Program-made: the position numbers and the translations under genes
Shown here: in pieces, positions 9,222-18,344 of the stretch
Numbering within the stretch: the first letter of the stretch is position 1
Layout of the letters: every line of letters begins with the position of its first letter
Notes under the pieces: model-generated
Database searches by the model: none
The model's input: the letters and a program-made list of their open reading frames with translations, nothing else
What the model was told of the DNA's origin: nothing
Source of the DNA: Micrococcales bacterium
Lineage (GTDB): Bacteria; Actinomycetota; Actinomycetes; S36-B12; GCA-2699445
Direction: 5' to 3'
DNA length: 64,000 nt
Assembly (NCBI GenBank): GCA_002699445.1
Contig: PAAU01000084.1
Coordinates: 5,324-69,323 of the forward strand

Positions 9222-10397
9222 TCAGTCGTCTCGGACCAGGTCGTAGCTCTGTTGCGCGATTGCGTACTCCTCGTCGGTAGGGATCACAAGAATAGTCACC
9301 AGAGACCCGGGAGCAGAAATGCGTTGAATCCCAGAGCCAGCGTTGGCATTCGCGGCTTCGTCAAACTCGATACCGAAGCCTTGTAGGTCACGACATACAG
9401 CCGATCGAACCCACGGATTGTGTTCCCCGATCCCCGCAGTAAAAATGACTGCATCGACCCGGCCAAGAATAAAAGAATAGGCGCCCAAATATTTGCGCAG
9501 GCGGTGTGCCATGACTTCCCGCGCCAACTCGGCCGACTCATCGCCCGCGGCGGCTCGCTCTGAAATCTGACGCATATCGTTTTCGCCACACAGACCTTTC
9601 AACCCACTGTCACGGTTAAGCAGGTTGTCCACCGACTGAGCGTCCCACCCGGCACTGTGCAACATCATGGGTATCGACGGATCAATATCTCCACTGCGGG
9701 TCCCCATCACCAAGCCCTCCAACGGAGTTACTCCCATGGATGTATCCACACTGCGTCCACCCCGAATGGCACAAGCACTCGCGCCATTACCCAAGTGCAA
9801 ACTTACGAGGTTGAGATCGGATGGGTCCTTTCCCAAATACTCGGCAGCTTGAGCTGCCACATATTGATGAGAAGTCCCGTGGAATCCATACCGTCTAATA
9901 GAGAAATCACGAGCGACCTTACGATCGATGGCGTACTCGCGCGCAGCAGCCGGCATCGTCGCATGGAAAGCCGTGTCAAACACTGCGACGTGGGGAATAT
10001 CCGGGTACTGCGAGCCCGCAGCAGCTATCCCCACCAACGCGCCGGGATTATGTAACGGAGCTAGGGGTACACATGCCGCTATCTGAGCCACAACCGCTTC
10101 ATCGATAACAGTGGGCTGGGTTAACTCATCGCCGCCGTGCACCACTCGATGACCGACCGCAATCGGCTGTGGTTGACCATCCTCGATCATCAGGTCCCGA
10201 GCCACAGCAAAAGCAGCTCCATGATCAGGAATCGAATCCTCAACCTGTCGTTCCTGGCTCCCCGCGTAGTGCGCCGAGGACCCGGTCTCACCGATGCGCT
10301 CAACTACGCCTTCCGCAGCACGTTGTCCGGTCATCGCATCCACCAAAGCGAACTTCAGCGAGGACGATCCCGCATTGACTACCAGGACCAGTCCCAT
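9222..10397 (-). CDS. ackA: acetate kinase
   Basis: 'LVVNAGSSSLKF', 'HRVVHGG' and 'FTAGIGEHN'. 391 aa. Starts 3 nt after the pta stop. Confidence 0.95.
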   Translation of the reverse strand: MGLVLVVNAGSSSLKFALVDAMTGQRAAEGVVERIGETGSSAHYAGSQERQVEDSIPDHGAAFAVARDLMIEDGQPQPIAVGHRVVHGGDELTQPTVIDEAVVAQIAACVPLAPLHNPGALVGIAAAGSQYPDIPHVAVFDTAFHATMPAAAREYAIDRKVARDFSIRRYGFHGTSHQYVAAQAAEYLGKDPSDLNLVSLHLGNGASACAIRGGRSVDTSMGVTPLEGLVMGTRSGDIDPSIPMMLHSAGWDAQSVDNLLNRDSGLKGLCGENDMRQISERAAAGDESAELAREVMAHRLRKYLGAYSFILGRVDAVIFTAGIGEHNPWVRSAVCRDLQGFGIEFDEAANANAGSGIQRISAPGSLVTILVIPTDEEYAIAQQSYDLVRDD

Positions 10398-10400
10398 AGT

Positions 10401-12491
10401 TCAGCCATCCTCATGTAGACGTTGCGCCTGTATGGCGGTGATGACGACAGTGTTGACGATGTCGTCCACCGTTGCACCACGGCTGAGATCATTGACGGGC
10501 AGTCGTAGGCCTTGAAGTACCGGGCCTACCGCCATCGCTCCGCCTGAGCGCTGCACCGCTTTGTATGTGTTATTACCCGTATTTAGGTCGGGAAAAATCA
10601 AAACCGTGGCCCGACCGGCAACCTCGGAGCCGGGCAGTTTCGCACGCGCCACCTGTGGATCGACCGCAGCATCGAACTGGATCGGCCCCTCTACTAAGAG
10701 CGAGGGTTCCCGTTCACGGACCATGGCAGTCGCTTGAGTCACCTTTTCCACATCAGCACCTACTCCTGAGGAACCCGTTGAGTACGACAACATGGCAACC
10801 CGAGGATCAATGCCGAAAGCTGCGGCGGTCGCTGCCGAACTCACCGCGATGTCAGCCAGCTGCTCAGCGTTTGGATGCGGTAAAACCGCACAATCACCGT
10901 AGACGAACACTCGCTCCGGCAAGACCATGAGAAAGACGCTGGAGACAACCGAAATATCCGGCGCAGTACGAATGATCTGCAACGCGGGTCGCACCGTATC
11001 AGCCGTTGTATGGGCGGCCCCACTGACCATTCCGCCGGCATCGCCCAGCTGAACCATGAGGGTGCCAAACCAGGTTGGATCCGCGGCCAAATCCCAAGCA
11101 GTCTCAGCCGACATTCCTTTGTGAGCTCGAAGGCGTTGAATCTCATCGGCATATCGCTGTCTGTCCGAGGAGGTGCTGGGATTAATAAGATTGAGCCCAG
11201 CAAGATCTATACCCAGCCGCTCGGCTCGTTGCTGGATATCTTCTCGATCACCCAGCACCGTGAGTTCGGCCGCCTTACGTAACCGGATCCGCTGCGCCGC
11301 CAAGAGAATGCGGTCATCCTCCCCCTCCGGCAAGACTATGTGTTGCGGCACAGATCTCGCTTGAGCTACCAACCGCCGTTCAAACATAACGGGCGTCACT
11401 TGATCGGGACGGGTAGCAATCAGGCGATCCGCCAACTCATCAACCGCTACGCTTTCCTGAAACATTCGCAGGGCCAAATCCAGCCTCGCCTCGTCTCCAC
11501 TTTCGAGAGTTCCTCGAGTGCGGGAAATGATATCGGCCGTCTCGAAGGTGTCTCGGTCGGTCAACATAATGGGAACCGAATCCGAGCCCGATCCATGGAT
11601 AAATCCCAACATGATGGGGTCCGGCTGGTAGCCACCTGTAAGCAGTACCCCCGCTATCCGCGGTAGGTCTGACTCCATCCGCGAGGCTTGAGCCAGCAGC
11701 AACACATCGGAACGATCACCAGGGGCAATGACCAACGTATCTGGGGTCAACCGTTCGATGAGATGCGGCAGCGTCATCGCACCAATGATCACGTTACGAA
11801 CGCCTCGTCCTAACGAGTCTTCATCGCCAGTCAGTTGCTCAGCGCCCAGTGCCGCAGTCAGATCGCTCACTGCCGGCCGTTCCAACTCTGGCAATTCCGG
11901 TAAGAACCACACCGGTGTGCCATCAGCCTGAGCAACGGCTTCGGCAATAGTTTGGCGCTCAGCATCTGGCACCCGGTTTACTACAAACCCGAAGAGAGTC
12001 ACTTGATGTTCGGCCAGGCCTAGCCGGGCAGCATCCAACGCTGCGACAAGTTGCTGTGTCCCGTCATGCCGGGCCGGTACGACGACGACGGTCGCGGCCC
12101 CCAAGTTCGCAGCAATTTCGGCGTTCAAAGCGAACTCGAAAGCCGCGGAAGCCCCGGTAAAATCTGTACCTTCCACAATAACGACGTCGCATTCGCGGGC
12201 CAACTCTTCGTATCGCGTAAGAATGCGATGTACCAACTCCGGTGGGACGTGGTGCCCCACCCCACGAGTCGCCTGAGTCGTGACTCCAAAGGATTGCTCA
12301 TAGGTCTGCGATAACTGGTAGCGGCGTCGCATCATTTCAATCTGGGCGTCGGGAGTTTCCGATGCAGCAATTACTGGTCGGAAATATCCGACATTGGCGG
12401 TTCGACTAGCCGCCGCCTCCACCGCACCCAAGCTCACCAGTGACTTCCCGCTACTGGGCGCCAGCGAGGTGATGTAAATGGCCGCGGTCAT
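10401..12491 (-). CDS. pta: phosphate acetyltransferase (long form)
   Basis: 696 aa with an N-terminal regulatory (DRTGG-type) region and a C-terminal PTA_PTB domain ending '...VNDLSRGATVDDIVNTVVITAIQA'. Confidence 0.93.
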   Translation of the reverse strand: MTAAIYITSLAPSSGKSLVSLGAVEAAASRTANVGYFRPVIAASETPDAQIEMMRRRYQLSQTYEQSFGVTTQATRGVGHHVPPELVHRILTRYEELARECDVVIVEGTDFTGASAAFEFALNAEIAANLGAATVVVVPARHDGTQQLVAALDAARLGLAEHQVTLFGFVVNRVPDAERQTIAEAVAQADGTPVWFLPELPELERPAVSDLTAALGAEQLTGDEDSLGRGVRNVIIGAMTLPHLIERLTPDTLVIAPGDRSDVLLLAQASRMESDLPRIAGVLLTGGYQPDPIMLGFIHGSGSDSVPIMLTDRDTFETADIISRTRGTLESGDEARLDLALRMFQESVAVDELADRLIATRPDQVTPVMFERRLVAQARSVPQHIVLPEGEDDRILLAAQRIRLRKAAELTVLGDREDIQQRAERLGIDLAGLNLINPSTSSDRQRYADEIQRLRAHKGMSAETAWDLAADPTWFGTLMVQLGDAGGMVSGAAHTTADTVRPALQIIRTAPDISVVSSVFLMVLPERVFVYGDCAVLPHPNAEQLADIAVSSAATAAAFGIDPRVAMLSYSTGSSGVGADVEKVTQATAMVREREPSLLVEGPIQFDAAVDPQVARAKLPGSEVAGRATVLIFPDLNTGNNTYKAVQRSGGAMAVGPVLQGLRLPVNDLSRGATVDDIVNTVVITAIQAQRLHEDG

Positions 12492-13030
12492 TAGGGCAAA
12501 ACCCCTGCATGAGCCAGGGCCATTCGTAACAGTCGATCCCGGCCACCCACCATCTCAACGAGCACATCGGGACTGATGGCTTCGGTCGGGTCCAACCAAG
12601 CCAGTTCCAGAGCAGATTGCGTCGGCTCACAGTCACCAAAGACCGGAACGATGAAGGCCAACGAAACCGCCTGATGTCGCGAGTCGTAAAAACCCGTGAC
12701 GCCGGGATCAGGAAAATACTCGACAACGGTGAACGGTTGCGGTGACACCGGCACTCGCGGCAGGGCCATCGGTCCGAGGTCTTTTTCTAGGTGACGAAGG
12801 AGCGCATCTCGGATTCGTTCACCTTTGTGCACCCGCCCGGATACCAGCGTTCGAGTAAGCATCCCGTCCTGTGTCGCTCGCAAGAGTAAGCCAACCTGAC
12901 GCAAAACTCCGGCTTCGTCCACCCGGACCGGAATCGCATCCAAATAGACCAACGGAACTTGATCGCGGGCTCCCTGCATCTGGTCCGGAGACAGCCAACC
13001 TCCTTGAGGCTGGGTGATATCGGCCGACAT
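12491..13030 (-). CDS. Nudix-fold-like protein (resembles actinobacterial DUF4916 proteins, from memory)
   Basis: 179-aa ORF with ATG preceded by GGAG. Degenerate Nudix-box-like 'GRVHKGERIRDALLRHLEKDLG'. Its stop overlaps the pta start (TAATG). Confidence 0.55.
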   Translation of the reverse strand: MSADITQPQGGWLSPDQMQGARDQVPLVYLDAIPVRVDEAGVLRQVGLLLRATQDGMLTRTLVSGRVHKGERIRDALLRHLEKDLGPMALPRVPVSPQPFTVVEYFPDPGVTGFYDSRHQAVSLAFIVPVFGDCEPTQSALELAWLDPTEAISPDVLVEMVGGRDRLLRMALAHAGVLP

Positions 13031-13160
13031 AATTCTCCAATCCGAAAACGGTTAGCTGCTCTATCTCCCAGAAATCAAGAGAAGCGAGCGGGCGAGCACT
13101 AGGTTAGTGCCAAATAGCCCGCCCAGTGCTGCAGCAGCGGAAAGCAGAGAGTGCAAGCCG

Positions 13161-14549
13161 ATGACCGCCGTGGATGAAACACCGCAAGACGTCGCCGGCA
13201 AGGCCAAGGGCATGACCTTATGGCCAGCGACGGCATTGGTGACTGGCACCATTATCGGGGCCGGAATCTTCACCCAGCCCACTTGGCTTGCCCAGTACGG
13301 TCCCATCAGTTTGGTCGGTTTCGCTCTGACCGCACTCGGCAGCGTCATGTTGGCACTTGTTTTTGCTCGGTTGGCTCGCCGCTCTCCGGAAGTCGGTGGC
13401 CCCTACGCTTTCGCGCGCGACGGATTCGGGAAATTCGTTGGCTTCCAGTCCGCCTGGACCTACTGGATTGGCGCCTGGGTTGCGGTCGGTGCCATCGCTT
13501 CATCTCTCGTCATTTATCTGGGAGTTCTCATCCCGGCAGTAACCGACAACGTCATCATCAGCGCGATTGTTGCCATCGGTGCGATTGCTCTCCTGACGGC
13601 GGTAAATAACCGGGGAGCCGTCACCGGGGCAAAGACCTCGTTGATTCTGACCATTCTGAAGGCAGTGCCGCTACTGCTCATCGGCACTATCGGGTTTATT
13701 GCCTTCGACTTTGACAATTTGGGTCCATTCAACGCCACCGATTTACCGTCATTTGAAGTACTGACCGCAGTCATGGCATACACGCTATTTTCGTTCATCG
13801 GCGTGGAGGCTGCCACGATCCCCGCTGATGACGTCCACGAACCGGATAAGACCATTCCCCGAGCGACTTTGATCGGAACTCTCGGTGCTGCAGCTGTCTA
13901 CCTGTTGAGTACCACCGCTGTCTTTGGCGCTGTAGCCAACGCCGACCTACAGGCCAACGATGCAGCCTTCGCCATTGCTGCCGAAAATATGTTTGGTTCC
14001 TGGGCGGGTCCGGCGGTTGCGGTAGTTGCCGTGATCTCGTGTCTTGGAGCTATGAACGGTCTCATTCTCTTATCCGGCCAGATCCCTATGGCCGCCGAGT
14101 TTGATGGGCTCGCGCCCAAGCTCTTTGGAAAACTCAATGTCAACCGCGCACCATCTTCTGGTTTGGTCGTATCGGGAATCCTTGCGGCCATCGTGCTGGG
14201 GCTGCAATACGCAGGAGCGGGTCTCGGCGATGCAGTGGCAACGTTAGTTCTGGTCTCCGCGGTAGCCACGATGATCGCCTATGCCTTTTCGGCTGGGGCG
14301 GAGATCAAGTGGCTATTGGTAGATCGAGGCGAGGTTCCGGTTCTCCACATCGGACGGAAACTCCTCGTTGCTGGCCTAGCGTTGGCCTTCACCATTTTCG
14401 CTTTTTATGGCGGGGGTATGGAGGAGGTCTACTGGCTCTTCATGATTATCTTGCTGGGAATCCCGCTGTATCTATACATCCTTTGGCGCAGACAAGAAGA
14501 AGATAAGAAAGATCTGGAGGGCGAAGAGTCGGCTAACTCCAACATCTGA
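13161..14549 (+). CDS. amino acid permease (APC superfamily)
   Basis: Polytopic membrane protein of roughly 12 hydrophobic segments, with an N-terminal 'TALVTGTIIGAGIF' motif typical of APC transporters. ATG at 13161 is preferred, with GTG at 13107 as the alternative. Confidence 0.85.
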   Translation: MTAVDETPQDVAGKAKGMTLWPATALVTGTIIGAGIFTQPTWLAQYGPISLVGFALTALGSVMLALVFARLARRSPEVGGPYAFARDGFGKFVGFQSAWTYWIGAWVAVGAIASSLVIYLGVLIPAVTDNVIISAIVAIGAIALLTAVNNRGAVTGAKTSLILTILKAVPLLLIGTIGFIAFDFDNLGPFNATDLPSFEVLTAVMAYTLFSFIGVEAATIPADDVHEPDKTIPRATLIGTLGAAAVYLLSTTAVFGAVANADLQANDAAFAIAAENMFGSWAGPAVAVVAVISCLGAMNGLILLSGQIPMAAEFDGLAPKLFGKLNVNRAPSSGLVVSGILAAIVLGLQYAGAGLGDAVATLVLVSAVATMIAYAFSAGAEIKWLLVDRGEVPVLHIGRKLLVAGLALAFTIFAFYGGGMEEVYWLFMIILLGIPLYLYILWRRQEEDKKDLEGEESANSNI

Positions 14550-14550
14550 G

Positions 14551-15351
14551 TCAGCCGACTCTCGACTGGGATACCGCGTAACAGGCCACAGCAACCGCAG
14601 CCGCTACGTTGAGCGAGTCCACGCCACCACCCATCGGGATCCGCGCTTGTGCATCCATAGTGGTCAATGTGCTGTGCGCAAGACCCGGTCCCTCTGAACC
14701 CACAACTAGTGCCACGCATCGATCAGCCAGTGGAGAGAGCGCTTCCGCGAGCGCGGGCGCCGCTGGATCCGGAGTAAGCGCCAGAGTGACGAATCCAGTC
14801 AGGTCCATGGCATTCGGTATGCGCGTCCATGGCACTTGAAAGACAGTTCCCATCGAGACTCGAACGCTTCGTCGATATAACGGATCCGCACAGGTCGAAG
14901 TCACGAGAACCGCCCCGGCACCGAATCCGGCCGCAGACCGGAATGCCGCACCAACATTGGTGTGATCAACCAACCCATCTAGCACCACAATCCAGTCAGC
15001 GTTACTGACGACATCCGCTACCTCGAGCAACGGGCGTCGCCGCATGGCAGCCATAGGGCCTCGATGCATTCGGAAACCCGTCGTGGCAGTGATGACTGCC
15101 TCACTACCCACGTAGACCGGGACATCCGAGGGCAGCAGTGGAGTCAGATGTTCCAACCACTTGGATTCGGTGATGACTGCTTCCACCTCAAATCCCGCGG
15201 CCACCGCTCGTGAAATGACGGCAACTGACTCCGCCATAAAGAGTCCCTCTGCCGGCTCCCGTTTCGTACGTAATCGAACGTCCGTGAGGTTGGTGAACGC
15301 TTGAATACGGTCATCATCGGGATCCTCGACCGCAATCGTGTTCAGATGCAA
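14551..15351 (-). CDS. TrmH/SpoU family RNA 2'-O-methyltransferase
   Basis: SpoU motifs 'LVVGSEGPGL' and 'IPMGGGVDSLNVAAAVAVACY'. The longest ORF (to 15519) overlaps the SPFH gene. TTG at 15351 gives a typical N-terminus ('HLNTIAVEDPDDDRI'). Start is uncertain. Confidence 0.8.
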   Translation of the reverse strand: MHLNTIAVEDPDDDRIQAFTNLTDVRLRTKREPAEGLFMAESVAVISRAVAAGFEVEAVITESKWLEHLTPLLPSDVPVYVGSEAVITATTGFRMHRGPMAAMRRRPLLEVADVVSNADWIVVLDGLVDHTNVGAAFRSAAGFGAGAVLVTSTCADPLYRRSVRVSMGTVFQVPWTRIPNAMDLTGFVTLALTPDPAAPALAEALSPLADRCVALVVGSEGPGLAHSTLTTMDAQARIPMGGGVDSLNVAAAVAVACYAVSQSRVG

Positions 15352-15361
15352 ATCTGCTACC

Positions 15362-16246
15362 TCAGGAACCGTTCTCTCCTGGACGGCCGAAAGCCCGGCC
15401 GAGTCCTTCCATCGCCGAACTAAGCTCCGCTGGAACAACCCATACCTTGTTGGCATCGCCATTGGCGATCTGCGGCAGCATCTGCAGGTACTGGTAAGCA
15501 AGCGTTTGATCATCGACATCGGACTCGTGGATGGCTGTAAAGACTCTTGCGATTGCCTCTGCCTCCGCTTCGGCCCTCAAGACCTGTGCCTTGGCATCAC
15601 CTTCGGCGGACAAGATTTGCGATTCTCGCTGCCCCTGGGCAGTCAGAATCGCAGACTGCTTGGCGCCCTCTGCATTGAGGATTGCGGCACGTTTGTCGCG
15701 CTCAGCCTTCATCTGCTTTTCCATAGAATCTTGTACGGAGGGGGGAGGATCAATCGCCTTCAACTCCACTCGATTGACTCGGATTCCCCATTTCCCGGTG
15801 GCTTCATCCAGAACACCACGTAGCGCCATGTTGATCTCTTCACGGGAAGTAAGGGTTTGCTCCAGGTCCATGCCACCCACCACATTTCGCAAAGTGGTGA
15901 CAGTCAGTTGCTCCACACCGTGGATGTAGTCGCTGATCTCATACGTTGCCGCACGAGGGTCGGTGACCTGGAAGTAGATGACAGAGTCAATCTGAACTAC
16001 AAGGTTGTCCTCGGTAATAACCGGTTGGGGTGGGAAGCTGACAACCTGTTCACGCATATCAATAAGTGGTCGCATCCGATCAACGAACGGGATGATGATG
16101 CTCAGCCCCGGATTAAGCGTGCGTTGATAACGGCCCAGACGTTCCACAATCCCCGAGTGAGCCTGCCGAACAATTTTGATGGTCCTGCTCAGCACAATGA
16201 GCACCAAGATTGCCAGTAACAACCCAACTACTGCTCCTACAGTCAT
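15362..16246 (-). CDS. SPFH/band-7 (stomatin-like) membrane protein
   Basis: N-terminal TM helix followed by 'IVRQAHSGIVERLGRYQRTLNPGLSIIIPFVDR', then an Ala/Glu-rich coiled coil. AGGAGGG RBS. Confidence 0.9.
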   Translation of the reverse strand: MTVGAVVGLLLAILVLIVLSRTIKIVRQAHSGIVERLGRYQRTLNPGLSIIIPFVDRMRPLIDMREQVVSFPPQPVITEDNLVVQIDSVIYFQVTDPRAATYEISDYIHGVEQLTVTTLRNVVGGMDLEQTLTSREEINMALRGVLDEATGKWGIRVNRVELKAIDPPPSVQDSMEKQMKAERDKRAAILNAEGAKQSAILTAQGQRESQILSAEGDAKAQVLRAEAEAEAIARVFTAIHESDVDDQTLAYQYLQMLPQIANGDANKVWVVPAELSSAMEGLGRAFGRPGENGS

Positions 16247-16269
16247 ACGATCACCCTCCTCTGCACTTG

Positions 16270-16695
16270 TCAGCCGACAAGTGCGGTTGCGCCTTCAATG
16301 GATAAAACCTGCACCGAATCCCCCACCGGATATACCGAACTACCGTCGAAACTGCGAGCGGACCACACCTCACCCCGCAACTTCACCCGACCGTCGTGCC
16401 CATCGACATCTGCCAGGACCTCGGCATCAGCACCCACAAGCGCGGCTGTTCCGGAACGACTTTCGATGGGTTGTCTGATGTGTCGTCGAGCAACGGGACG
16501 AACGAGTCCCACCATCGCCGCGCTGGTGAGACCAAAAACCACCCAGGGTAGCCAATCGGATCCGGTCAGCACCGCTGTGCCCGCGCCCGCCAGAGCACCC
16601 ACGCCGACCATGCCTAGCACTAATGTTCCCCCAGTAGAGAACTCAGCGATGCCGAGCACGACCGCTGCAATCAGCCACCACACCCATGGATCCAT
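16270..16695 (-). CDS. NfeD family membrane protein
   Basis: 141 aa with three N-terminal TM segments and a C-terminal OB-like 'GRVKLRGEVWSARS' domain. Sits directly upstream of the SPFH gene, which is the classic pairing. Confidence 0.8.
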   Translation of the reverse strand: MDPWVWWLIAAVVLGIAEFSTGGTLVLGMVGVGALAGAGTAVLTGSDWLPWVVFGLTSAAMVGLVRPVARRHIRQPIESRSGTAALVGADAEVLADVDGHDGRVKLRGEVWSARSFDGSSVYPVGDSVQVLSIEGATALVG

Positions 16696-16767
16696 GTTCT
16701 TAGGCTACGGCTGTTACCGCGTCAGGGCACTAGAGCGGCGCGCGCATCTCGTAGGGCTGAATTCCGT

Positions 16768-17562
16768 TTAGGTGCCAAAAGCCCAAAATCTCGAAAAAAC
16801 CTTGCTGACGAGTAGCGGAGTATCAAAGGCTTCCGTCAGGTATTCCTCTGTGATGACCGAATCAATCGGACCGTGGCGGAGGATCTTGCCATCACGAACC
16901 AAGACTGCGTGGGTGAAGCCGGCCGGGATCTCTTCTACGTGATGAGTGATCATCACCTGCACCGGGGCAGTGGGATCTTCCGCGACTGCTGATAACCGCC
17001 CTAACAAGTTCTCACGCGCTCCGACATCAAGCCCAGCCGCTGGTTCGTCCATAAGTAAGAGTTCCGGGTTTGGAAACAACGCCCGAGCCAACAGCACCTT
17101 TTTCCGCTCTCCGTCTGACAAGGTTCCTATGCGACGACTCGAGAGTTCCGTCAAACCCATAAAGTGCAACAATTCGTCGCAGCGCTTGAGGTCAACGTCG
17201 TCATAGTCTTCCCAATACCGACCCGACACTGCCCAACCAGCAGTAATGATGCTGTCTGTCACGGTCTCGGAAGCTGGGATATTTTCCGAGGCTCGCGCCG
17301 AAAGCACGCCGATGAGTGGCCGCAAGTCAAAGACATCGACCAAGCCAAGCGACTGCCCCAATATTGAAACGGATCCCGCAGTCGGATGGAGCCGCGTAGA
17401 CATGAGATCCAGCAAGGTTGTCTTACCTGCCCCGTTGGGGCCGAGGATGGCCCAACGCTCACCCGCCTTAATTTCGAGATCGACGTCAGACAGGATGGCT
17501 TTGCCTTCGCGATGAACGGAGGCTGATTCCAGCCGGATCACGGTGGTCACATTTCGCACCAT
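16768..17562 (-). CDS. ABC transporter ATP-binding protein (no adjacent permease)
   Basis: Walker A 'GPNGAGKTTLL', signature 'LSDGERKKVLLARAL' and Walker B 'LLLMDEP'. Confidence 0.85.
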   Translation of the reverse strand: MVRNVTTVIRLESASVHREGKAILSDVDLEIKAGERWAILGPNGAGKTTLLDLMSTRLHPTAGSVSILGQSLGLVDVFDLRPLIGVLSARASENIPASETVTDSIITAGWAVSGRYWEDYDDVDLKRCDELLHFMGLTELSSRRIGTLSDGERKKVLLARALFPNPELLLMDEPAAGLDVGARENLLGRLSAVAEDPTAPVQVMITHHVEEIPAGFTHAVLVRDGKILRHGPIDSVITEEYLTEAFDTPLLVSKVFSRFWAFGT

Positions 17563-17582
17563 ACCTCTGGCTAGGGTTAAGC

Positions 17583-18311
17583 ATGCCCATTGACGTGCGC
17601 CGCGCCGGATCTGCGGGTCAAACCGTGTGGTGGGTCAATGCCGCGTTGGCGCAAACTTGCTCTCCGGACGAAGCGGCCGACAAGCTCTCCGACCGATTTC
17701 ATGGGCTCGGCGAAACACCGATCACGGGGGCCGCCATCATCGGAGCAATGCGGGCTCGGGGAATCGATCGGCTCGCCTTGGCCTTGGTCGAATCAGGTGA
17801 TCCGTTGGGAGTCCCAGGTCCGGCACCAGTGACCCGAGAGGCCGTCGCTGCAGGCTTGGCCGCTGTCTCATCAGACGGCACCGTCACCATGATCCCGGCA
17901 CCAGGTGAACCGCCTCTGGTTTGGCTGGCAGTACCTAGTTCACGCAGGATTGACCCCCTAGCCCAACTGGGCTCTGTGGGTGAGGCGCAATCACTGATGC
18001 GCGAGGGAATGCTCCAGATCAGCACCACCATGCCTGATTTGGAGCCCGACGAGTTGGCCTTGGCCGAGCTGACGGAATACCGCAGTTGGCTGGCCCCACT
18101 ACCTCCACCCCACCTCCCCCCACGGGCGGCTCAGCTAGCGGAAGCAGCGCTACGGGTTTGGTGGTTGACCGGTGTCGCTCGCGACCTTTCTGAAAGACAA
18201 GGGCTCACTCTGTCACAACAGTTGCGGGAACTAAGGCCATTGGCCCGTCGGGCGGTTGCTGCGGCATTCAGCATTCCGCCGGAGCTTTCTTCGGTAGGGG
18301 ACGCTGGCTAG
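17583..18311 (+). CDS. hypothetical protein
   Basis: 242-aa ORF with GC-rich third positions typical of coding sequence in this window. I recognise no motif. Ala/Leu/Pro-rich with no obvious TM segments. Confidence 0.55.
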   Translation: MPIDVRRAGSAGQTVWWVNAALAQTCSPDEAADKLSDRFHGLGETPITGAAIIGAMRARGIDRLALALVESGDPLGVPGPAPVTREAVAAGLAAVSSDGTVTMIPAPGEPPLVWLAVPSSRRIDPLAQLGSVGEAQSLMREGMLQISTTMPDLEPDELALAELTEYRSWLAPLPPPHLPPRAAQLAEAALRVWWLTGVARDLSERQGLTLSQQLRELRPLARRAVAAAFSIPPELSSVGDAG

Positions 18312-18344
18312 CTGAGTGCTACGGGTCGGTATCGTGGGGCTGCC

